A stretch of DNA of 63,618 nucleotides, the filler included, from Globobulimina sp. (Eukaryota): the NCBI GenBank assembly GCA_003354225.1. It is 24 parts of 24 records of this genome, joined end to end, with 100 filler letters (N's around TTAATTAATTAA, not from the genome) between each part and the next. Parts side by side here need not be neighbours in the genome. Positions count along the whole stretch, not along the records: positions 21,248 to 23,802 come from PIVH01006002.1; positions 23,903 to 26,457 come from PIVH01006003.1; positions 26,558 to 29,112 come from PIVH01006004.1; positions 29,213 to 31,767 come from PIVH01006005.1; 20 more parts are not named here. The stretch is one strand, 5' to 3'. This document shows, one piece after another, positions 21,972-31,867 of the stretch; position 1 is the stretch's first letter, and every line of letters begins with the position of its first letter. The translations under genes and the position numbers were made by a program. Under the pieces are notes generated by a model. It saw only the letters and a program-made list of their open reading frames with translations. It ran no database searches and was not told the DNA's origin.

Positions 21972-23738
21972 CTATGAATTTAAATTTACATAATGCATTT
22001 CTAACACATTTGCCATATCTTCCAACTCATTTTCCTGATCATTCAATATATACAATATTACGATACCATTCACAAATATTATTACTGCAAATATCAGTTG
22101 GATTACACAATTAAAAGTATACTCCATTTTATAAGTGTCTTCAACATCCAACATAATCACCAGAACAAATATCATTGCCGATATTATGACAACTACGCTT
22201 TGAAAATAATACAAAGATCTAGTGTTTGTTGCAAGTTGTTTTGTAGCTACATTCCCGTCGAATTGCCTCTTCATATCCTCTTTATATCGCGAATATTCAT
22301 TATTATATAACTTGGTAAAATATAAAAATATAAATGGAATTATTAATGGTAAGACATCATTTGGTTCACTGTAAATACTAGAAATCACAATCAATGCCAC
22401 TGCTGTATTGCTTATAAAATACGAGATTCCGTACGTTATATAAAATAAGTTTGCATGCTTCATCTCTAATTTCTGTATAAAATCACGATCGAACGCGTAT
22501 GTAATTGTCGCTATTGATATTAATGAAACAACGGATAATATTCGAAAAAGCCATTGCCAGACATTGCTATTCTTCATCTCGTGAATTAAAATTTGTTTAA
22601 TTAATAATAATGTAGTTTTTGCCATGCATAACAATCTGAATTTATTATCTGTAGATACTGCTGTTGAACAACAACGACATTGAAATTTTCGAAAAATCAT
22701 TGATGAAATTGCAATAAATATTATACCGCCACATGTTGCCGCAACTGCAGCTAATTGAGTTTCAGCTGCATGTTTTTCTTTCAATGAGTTTGCTTGACTG
22801 AGATGGATTGCTGCGCCAATAATAGTTATGGTGGATGTTGCTATTATGATAATGTTTTGATTCCAAAATTTATATTTCTTCCAAAACGATAGAGCCCAAT
22901 AATATAATTCTAAATATGCAATATTAATATCCACGTTGTTGTCAGAAGAATGTAGCGTATCATCTATAGAATACTCTCGTTGTTGCATTCGTGAATTTTG
23001 ATGTAACAATAATTTTTTGGTGAATGAAAGACACTGAAACCATATTATTATACTTATTATTGAACTAAACACCAAACAGCAAACGTATGGCAACACAATT
23101 AATATATCCCCGTAATATAAATTCATAGAACAAAACACAGAACACACTGTCAACGCAATTGAATACAATTTGAGATTAAACAAAATGAATGGTACTCCAG
23201 AGTCAGTGACAAAGTCTCTGTCAGATTGTATTTGAAGAATGTACCTCAATTTTGAACATTCAACACCAATGATTGTGAATGTATACATACCAACAACTGT
23301 GGGAACCATAAATAATAAGAATTCGAACATGCCGAAGTACATGAAACACAAATGAGGAAAATTAATATAAAAATATATAAACAGATATGTTGTCCCTGAA
23401 ATATAAATGCACCAACTTGCAGTGAATACTGTGGATAGTGTTGCAAATGATTTGTGTATTTTTGACAAATCAGAGGATTTATCATGTGCTGATCTGTGAA
23501 TACAGAGATGTAATTTACATAATTCATATGTGTTGTATACGATGATGGTGATGGCGCTTAATACATTTGCAACCAGTGGTATAATCAATGAATCGTTATA
23601 GATATAATAATAATAATACATATAATAAATTGCAAAATTGTGAAATGCAGCTACTACAAATATGATACCAATGATGAGGACAATCCCACTACGAAACACA
23701 GATGCGTACATGTTGACTGAGGTTAGTGATGCGGTCAT
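21972..23738 (-). CDS. Orphan polytopic membrane protein (about 13 TM segments)
   Basis: 588-aa intronless ORF with many hydrophobic stretches. Confidence 0.7.
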   Translation of the reverse strand: MTASLTSVNMYASVFRSGIVLIIGIIFVVAAFHNFAIYYMYYYYYIYNDSLIIPLVANVLSAITIIVYNTYELCKLHLCIHRSAHDKSSDLSKIHKSFATLSTVFTASWCIYISGTTYLFIYFYINFPHLCFMYFGMFEFLLFMVPTVVGMYTFTIIGVECSKLRYILQIQSDRDFVTDSGVPFILFNLKLYSIALTVCSVFCSMNLYYGDILIVLPYVCCLVFSSIISIIIWFQCLSFTKKLLLHQNSRMQQREYSIDDTLHSSDNNVDINIAYLELYYWALSFWKKYKFWNQNIIIIATSTITIIGAAIHLSQANSLKEKHAAETQLAAVAATCGGIIFIAISSMIFRKFQCRCCSTAVSTDNKFRLLCMAKTTLLLIKQILIHEMKNSNVWQWLFRILSVVSLISIATITYAFDRDFIQKLEMKHANLFYITYGISYFISNTAVALIVISSIYSEPNDVLPLIIPFIFLYFTKLYNNEYSRYKEDMKRQFDGNVATKQLATNTRSLYYFQSVVVIISAMIFVLVIMLDVEDTYKMEYTFNCVIQLIFAVIIFVNGIVILYILNDQENELEDMANVLEMHYVNLNS

Positions 23739-23902
23739 GCGGACTACGGAGATATTTACATAATTTAATGTTAAAATAGTAATAAAAACACGTGCACAAA
23801 ATNNNNNNNNNNNNNNNNNNNNNNNNNNNNNNNNNNNNNNNNNNNNTTAATTAATTAANNNNNNNNNNNNNNNNNNNNNNNNNNNNNNNNNNNNNNNNNN
23901 NN

Positions 23903-25428
23903 GTTTCCAGACAAACCACACCTGACTTATAACACTTTTCTCCGCGTTGCAAACAGATTTATTGCTAAATTCGCCACCGGCGACTTTAAACTCTGCGCAT
24001 TTATACAACGCGGACACTAAATACTTGCGTACATTCTGCAGTCGTTGGCTATTGATAAGATATTGACACTCATCATCAAAATATTGAATATCATTCGGCC
24101 CCTCACACCACACTACAAAGTGTAAGTTGCCATCCATGCACTCCACCTCAGAGTATCCATTTTCTGTTAATAAATTGTTACAATTCTCATCGGAATATTT
24201 ATTTATTTTATATCCCATATCATTGTCGTTCCTCAAGTCACAGGACACCATTTGGCTGCCTCCAGCCCCATCTCTGGTACATTTATCCGTGATCATATCG
24301 ATGATTGTGTACGACTCATCGTCGCGGATACAGTCCTCAGCTGAGAATATCTTTAATATTAATACGTCGCTCGAAGGACAGGTAGTTACCACATCGCTAC
24401 ATTGATAATCGATGATATCAAATCCTAGACTTAACGGATATGTTTGTAATGGCTCACCAACACAGCCACCGCTGTCAAACCAATTTATGGATATATTTTG
24501 TGCATTGTTACCGGTACATTGCAAGGCGTAAAATTGTAATGTCTCTCCTTTGTGTGGTGCTGGATGACAAATACCAATCCGACTGGCAAAACCATCATAG
24601 TTTACGTAATCACAAGCTATCTCGTCTGGTTGTTGCGTAGTTGCTGGTGTCGTGGTGGTGGATGTGGTCAGTTCAGGACAGGAATGCCGTATTATTTTAC
24701 CATTGATACATTCATCATTTGTGAATGCGATATCTGTTGAAAGTGAAATATTGCACTGATTATCAGCATAATAAGCGACTGTTACTTGATCGCCGTTGCA
24801 TTCATATTTGGTGAACAAGTTATCATACAAATGAATCTCATATAAATTATTCAAATGTTTAATACATTTATTGAGAATTTGTGTTTCGAATTCAACGTAA
24901 TCGTTGTCATGAATACAGGTTACATTTGATTCATACTCATATGAATATTTCTTTACATTTAATTGGTTATCAATACATTTATCATTTTGTATGTCATCAT
25001 ATTGGCAGAAATAGTCTGTGATATTGGTTTGGTTCACAGTTAATGTGTCTGTGCTGTCGCAATGTGAATCATTATAATGATAAATCATCACAATTGGTGT
25101 ATATGCATTATTATTGCGGTTGCATTTATATATATAACTAGCAGCTTCTCCCGCGTACCGAATGGATTCGCATTTATCTATTACTAATGCTACACCATCT
25201 ACATTGACATAATTACAACCAAGATCGATCTGATCATATTCTGTGTGTAAACAATGTAGCCAATCGATTAAAATGTTACGTACAAAAATACGTTAATGGA
25301 AACAGACGTGTTTCTGGTGGAGTGGTGCTAGGATCGTTAACGCCATCTGGTGTTTCTGTTGTTGATGATATGGATAAAATACATATTGCAATAAAAGTCA
25401 GTAATGTAAGGTATAATGAACCAGCCAT
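23903..25428 (-). CDS. Secreted/surface protein with repeated Cys-patterned modules; exons 25428-25308 and 25240-23903, 3'-partial
   Basis: Signal peptide MAGSLYLTLLTFIAICILSISS and a phase-1 intron at 25241-25307. Repeating C...Y..xxC modules (YYADNQC, WFDSGGC, KYSDENC) and a Thr-rich linker. Confidence 0.7.
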
Positions 25429-25487
25429 TAAGATTTACAGTTTTCTAAAAACAAAAACAAAAAAATATCACAGAATTATCCTAAAAC

Positions 25488-26457
25488 ATGTTGTCACTGT
25501 TAACATTACTACCAATATTGTTATTGGTGCATCCTACCATTTCAGAAGACAAATTTGGCGTTCACACATATGTCATATACAGATTTATAAACATGACAGA
25601 GAGTGATTGTGATAAAGTACACGCCGATGCCTTCTCAGCATTGTCCACAATGCAAGTAATTATTAAAGACAATTACTTAGACCCAGTGTCCCTTCCTTCG
25701 CTTGATTTATTCCAATTGACCATCAACAAACTCAATGGTCACAACGTCGAAGAAAATAATTTCCCAATCGAATGGTTGTATGATTTAATAGATCCCGATA
25801 CAGGTCTTCGTGAAATGTATGCCAAATCAACCATTGATCATACCATCGAATACCAACAGTATTTGTACGCTGCCACCTTAGACCCGCCGTTTTGGGACAG
25901 CAACACAGTATCATTTCGAGATTATTTTAACAATCCATATATAAATTTTACTGTAGCAAACGCGTCGGACATAACGTGGACACAGGATTACGATAAAGGC
26001 GATACTGGCTGGTTGACTACGTTCGTGGTGACCATTTTCATTATAGTTTTGCTTGGATTTGGTGTATTTGCTGTCAGGTTCTATCTGTCAAAGAGACATA
26101 GCAAACGCGATGATATTAAAATGACCTCATTCGGCTATATGCAGTCGCCGATAGATATTATCAGCACCACAGAATGTGGGAAAACAAAGATTATGAATGA
26201 TGATGAATTCAAGTTAAATCCGTTAACTTTTAATTATCCATCGTCTATGACCGGTTGTACCATATTGAATAATGGGCATACGGTACAAATAAACATCGAA
26301 AAGAAATGTACAGTGTCCATAAATCAAAAGACTTATGATTTTAAGCAGTTTCATTTCCATACTCCTTCGGAACATTTGGTAGATGGCAAACAGTATGAAA
26401 TGGAAATGCATTTGGTTCATATTAACAGTGCTGGTGAGATTGCGGTGTTAGGCTTTA
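25488..26457 (+). CDS. Signal peptide + ectodomain + TM + alpha-carbonic anhydrase domain, 3'-partial
   Basis: QSPIDI, NNGHTVQI and QFHFHTPSEHLVDGKQYEMEMHLVH (three Zn-binding His) come after a TM helix (about 26008-26085). Confidence 0.85.
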
Positions 26458-26557
26458 NNNNNNNNNNNNNNNNNNNNNNNNNNNNNNNNNNNNNNNNNNN
26501 NTTAATTAATTAANNNNNNNNNNNNNNNNNNNNNNNNNNNNNNNNNNNNNNNNNNNN

Positions 26558-29112
26558 TATCAAAGTGATGTTGTATTTCAATCTGATCAGACATTGTAAC
26601 CGTAGTTGTCACCGTCACATCATCCTCAATATCCAGATCCAGACCCAGACCAACCTCCACATCCTCATCCACAGCATGCCCATGACTGTATCGCGTAGAA
26701 TCATTAAAATCAAATGATTCATCCTCATTCTTTGCATCCGCATCATTCTGCGTCGTACTAAAACTCATATTCGAGCCATCTATGATCTTAAACGGATTCT
26801 CGACCACTACTTTCTGATTAAAACTGGACGAATCCACCTGAACATGTCTGACACCGTACGGATGCTTGGAATTCCTATGATCAATGTACTCCAAATAACT
26901 CTTATTTGCAATATCAAACTCTTCCAACTCGTCCTCGCGCACATCCTCATCGCATGTACTACTGCTTGACTCTACAAATTCTTCCTCATTATTATTACTC
27001 GACAACAACGGACTGTTTTCTATCTGATCCTCGCTGTCATCATCCAGCCCGTCGTCGTCCATATTACTGATCTCGATCTGTTTCTGTTCCTCCACCAATG
27101 TGATAAACGACTTTCCAGTCCGACGCGAATCCGACATTTCAGACTGTGATATCCGTTGCGAACCCACTGCATTCATAATGGGCGACAGCTGTTGTCCATA
27201 TTGTATCTGTTGCCTGTATTGCTTTTGTGGGGGTGGCGTGTTGTGGTGCAATGGTCCAATATCCTCATTCTCCTCCACCTGCACATCACGATCGCGGTCG
27301 CGGTCGCCAACCGAACTGGATTTATCCAGCATTATCTTCTCCATTAACTTAAAATATTCATCGTCGTTCATATTCTCATCGGGTTTATTATTATATTTAT
27401 TTATCGGCAACGCATTCTGTACATATTTATCTACGTTGCCGTCATTCAAATAACGCGAATTGGACATATTGTTTGTTTTTGTATTGCTTTGGATTGGATG
27501 GTATATATTTGGCTGGGAATATGCCTGTATTTGAGCGTCCTGTTCATGCTCATGTTCGTGTGGTTATACATCGTTATATGACGCGGTTTGCAGGCTGGAA
27601 TGGGTCTGATTCCGTCCATGTAGTTGTTCGTATTTGTCATACGGCATAGACACCTCCGAGCCTCTATTTTGCATTTCAATCTCGACGGAGGCTTTGCGTC
27701 TTAACGCAGCTTCGTTTTGTTCGTATTTCTCATCTTCGTCCTGCTCTGAACTGCTATTATAATGTTCCTGTACATGTACATCATGCACATCATGTACATG
27801 CGGTTTATTATTCAATATCAAATGTTTCTCAATCTGTTTTAAATGATTATAGCCGACAGATTTAGTCTCGTTATCATGTCCTTCCTGAACATGGGTCTCT
27901 GCGCCTTCATCATCATCGGGGAATACGTCCGATATCTTATGACTGCCCTTCACACTCAGAATCACACCTTTTTTAAGTCGGACCCTGTTCTCCTTTTCGT
28001 CCATATGTGCATCGTCATAATTGACACTAATATTGTCCGACGAGGCCGGTATATCTGGGATGTTATCATCCTCATAGATCAAATATTGCACATTCTTCTC
28101 CATCTCGTCCTCTCGTTCACGCACATTGGTACTTTTACTTTTATATGGACTCAACACGGCGTTGCTACGCGTATACGGCGACTTGGCACCGTTATAGATC
28201 TCGCTATGTGTATCAATCGACACCTTCTGGTTCGGTGACGATAACGGTATCGTAGAGGACAGGTTATTGGGTGATAAGTGTTTGAAAGTGTTGCTGTTCC
28301 CCATCGACGCACATTGTTGTATAGGCATTAAATGTGGATGCAACGCGTTTGAATTTGAATGCGAGCCCGGTTGTAATGTATGGATCTGGGCCCGGCCATA
28401 CATATTCATATTGGGCGAAGGAGAGCGCATCACAGAGCCATGGATAGATTCTAAGATCACTTCTTTAGTGGTTTTGGCCACCACATGACTCACCGCATTG
28501 GTCACTTTCTCCGATACGTCCATAGTTATACGCTCACGGAACGTATCGCGTTCTTTCTGTGCTTGCACGCGTTTCTTGTGCTTGTGCTTTTTGTGTCGTC
28601 GTTTGTGACACACATACATTGAAAACGCCATTGCGAGGCATAGAAACACGATGGCAGCGCACACTGCGATCAATAATATGAAATTATCACTGGATGGATC
28701 GAACTCGTCCCATAACGTCGCATAACCGGCATCGGACTGTACCGGGGATATGCTCGGTGTTTTTGACGGCGAAATGCTCGGAAACATTGTAGTTGGATCA
28801 AGCGTGGGATGGCTAGAAGGTGGTTGTGACGGTGATATACTTGGTGGTATTACCGGTGCGACAGACGGCGACACAGAGGGTGGGAATGTGGGCGCCGCAG
28901 ACGGGGAGGTGCTCGGTGAAGAGGTCGGTGAACGCGTAGGTCTATCTACACACTGTGTGTTGGAGATAGTTAACGTATCACAGCATGGCTCATTTGGTAG
29001 CCGGCAGTATCCATTAGACGATGTGATATCAAATGGGTTGATTTGTGTCTGTGCCGCGGAGTCATTGCAAGTACTGAACATAAATTCATTCAAATCACCA
29101 TTATACCTCGCT
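26558..29112 (-). CDS. Type I membrane protein (PT/PS-rich stalk, TM, long acidic tail) with an in-frame TAA at 27564-27566; partial at both ends
   Basis: ORFs 27564-29093 and 26502-27467 share a frame separated by one TAA. PSxSP stalk, TM ILLIAVCAAIVFLCLAMAF, basic stop-transfer sequence. Confidence 0.75.
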
Positions 29113-29212
29113 NNNNNNNNNNNNNNNNNNNNNNNNNNNNNNNNNNNNNNNNNNNNTTAATTAATTAANNNNNNNNNNNNNNNNNNNNNNNNNNNNNNNN
29201 NNNNNNNNNNNN

Positions 29213-29298
29213 TGCCATCGCCGCAGCTGATGGGGCAAACGCCGCAGTCGGCCGGGCAGCTCGTGCAATCTTCCGCGGTGGCGTCGCAACTGCCAGTC
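29213..29298 (-). other. GC-rich myxobacterial-type Cys repeat fragment (probable chimeric join)
   Basis: Abrupt GC rise; reads CDATAEDCTSCPADCGVCPISCGDG and interrupts a eukaryotic intron that starts at 29333. Confidence 0.5.
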
Positions 29299-29333
29299 TT
29301 GTTTGTGTGCAAGGATAACAACAATACATATAC

Positions 29334-30071
29334 CTTATTATCAGATATATTCAATGTTTTTAAACCACTCATTTCTGACAAATCCGTCGGTAATGTACCA
29401 GACATATCATTCCTTTCTAAATTTAACACTGTTAACTGTGTTAACTGTCCAATTGTGTCCGGAATGGACGATGAAAACCTATTTATTCCAAGATTTAACA
29501 CCTTTAAATTGGGAAAATCGCCAAATGATTCATGGAAACTCTCTGCGATTTGATTATCGGATAAATCTAAATGTTCAATCATTTCCAACTCCGTAAGGGA
29601 TGGCAAATTGGCTCTTGTAAGTCCATTATGAGACAAATCTAAATATTTTAAGCTTGTTTTCATTGAATCATCGCCAATGGTTTTGGGAATTGTGCCAACT
29701 AATTGATTAGCGGATAAATCCATATATTTTAAGCCAACTCCGGTTTTTCCAATTTCGCCAATTTGTTCAGGTATTGAGCCTTCCAACCAATTTGAAGATA
29801 AATCAAAACTAATTAAATACGGCAATTTGGTGATATCTGATGGTATATTGCCTGTTAAGCCGCATTTAGACATTGATAAATTTAGTAAATTGCTTTCTGG
29901 ACTAACAGTACAATTAAAATTGGTCACGCTGTCAAACTCACATTGTGCACGTAATGATGCACAACATGCGGTGCCATTTAATACAGACGCTTCGTAACAT
30001 AATGCTGGGATATTAAATGCATTGTTAATATGTGCCATTGACAAAAACACGAGCCATAATGTTGTCATCAT
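29334..30071 (-). CDS. Secreted/receptor-like LRR protein (plant-type LxxLxLxxNxLxGxIP repeats), first exon
   Basis: Signal peptide MMTTLWLVFLSMAHINNA, Cys cap, about 7 LRRs (FDLSSNWLEGSIP, MDLSANQLVGTIP). GTATAT donor at 29333. Confidence 0.88.
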
Positions 30072-30128
30072 TCCTACTGTTTTTTGTACTGAAAAATCCT
30101 TAATTATACTACACTTGGCTTTCAAATT

Positions 30129-31767
30129 ATGTTTTATTTGATTGCAGTTGCAGCGATTTGCTTTATTGTGCATATAGACGTAGTGAAAGGACAAGGCTAT
30201 GCAGGTAGAAGGTATCGAACAAAACGTCCAAAAAAGAGTACACATACTGATTCCGCACCATTTTACAGTGTAATTAAAAAAAACGCACAGTATAATGCTG
30301 CAAATGAAGGGATCTCAATACAACAAGAATCATTAAATACAGCGTTATTAAAATGGAATTTATTTAACAACGGATATTATACATTTCAAATTGCGCAAAC
30401 ATGCAATTGTCCCATTTGCGATATACAATCAATGAACATCTATATTGAAAACAATATCATTGTAAATTCAGAATATACCGAAGGAAATGAGTATGCATTA
30501 AATAATTTTTGTGGGAATGATGATATTTTATACAATGAAAGACTCTCATTTTCAAGAATAACCATATACGATTTATTTAATATAATTCAAACCTCCATCG
30601 CAGATAATGTCAATATTGGTGTCATATATCACGAAGACATTGGTATTCCATTATCAATCTCCATACAACCTCTCGACAATGAAATATTAAATACATTTAT
30701 CAGCATTAATTGCATTGCATTCAATGCCTCATATCCTTCCATTGCCGCTACGGACATACGAGGACGGAAAAGATATAACGTATTTGAAACCGTATCAATT
30801 ACAGATTTTAACAGCAATGATGCCTATTCCTGTCCAAACATAAGAGGTTTGCACAATGCATTATGTATATCGACTGTTTCTCTTTCAACTGTACGTTGAC
30901 GATAATTTAATTAGTTCCAGCGCAATGTATCGGTGTCAATGACCATTTCAAGTGTTCCAGAATAACGGATGGCTGCAACAGTTAAGTTAAATACATATAT
31001 TACGATATGACAAATGACACAAACTTCAAATATGCAGCATGTTCATGCGATGCTGCAGGCGATGCTATGCATTGTACCAAAAGAGTCTGTGTTGACAGAG
31101 AAACAGACATAAAATGTATTGACTGTGCATCGAACACACAATGGACAGATTGTGGTGGCGATGCGGATTGTATTCCATATTGTAATTCCATGGATAACTT
31201 TTGCGGACATGCTCCATTCTCCGCTGTTTTAAATTGTAACCCGCGATGTCAATGTCCTGCAGATAGGCCTCGATGGAATGGCGATGAATGTATATCGTTG
31301 ACTGAGTGTGACATACAAAGGCATATTACTGACGGTGGGCATGCTGATGGATATGGAGGGAATATTAACGCTGCAGCTGCCAGTATATGCATTCCACACT
31401 GTAACGTGTACACAGATGGCTGTGTAGAGTGTGAGTGTTCCGATGATACTCCCAATGGACAGATAATCGGTGACTGTGTCCGTACAAATGATACCTGTTC
31501 AGCTGAGGATAGACAATGTGAGTTATGCGAAGATCCACATACTATGATTTATACACAATGTGGCGCTGCGGATGTAAGCTGTGGTGATAGGAACACATTT
31601 GTTGAAGTTACACAATGCACAGAAAAGTGTGAGTGTAAGCCGGAATTTCCAATTTACGACGCAAACAATAAAAAATGTATCGCCGTTGACGAATGTCCTG
31701 ATATCACCGAGACAGAGACCACTGATGTTGGCCCCTTTGGGCGTTGTATAGTTAAACCATTATTTTT
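30129..31767 (+). CDS. Secreted protein: DUF6174-like domain plus pacifastin-like and TIL Cys-rich modules; introns about 30847-30914 and 30981-31037; 3'-partial
   Basis: KW...YYTF...TCNC...TIYDLF...GIPLSISI (DUF6174-like pattern). Splicing restores DGCNTCSC...CTKRVC. TIL-like module CASNTQWTDCG...C...CQCP...C...EC. Confidence 0.6.
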
Positions 31768-31867
31768 NNNNNNNNNNNNNNNNNNNNNNNNNNNNNNNNN
31801 NNNNNNNNNNNTTAATTAATTAANNNNNNNNNNNNNNNNNNNNNNNNNNNNNNNNNNNNNNNNNNNN

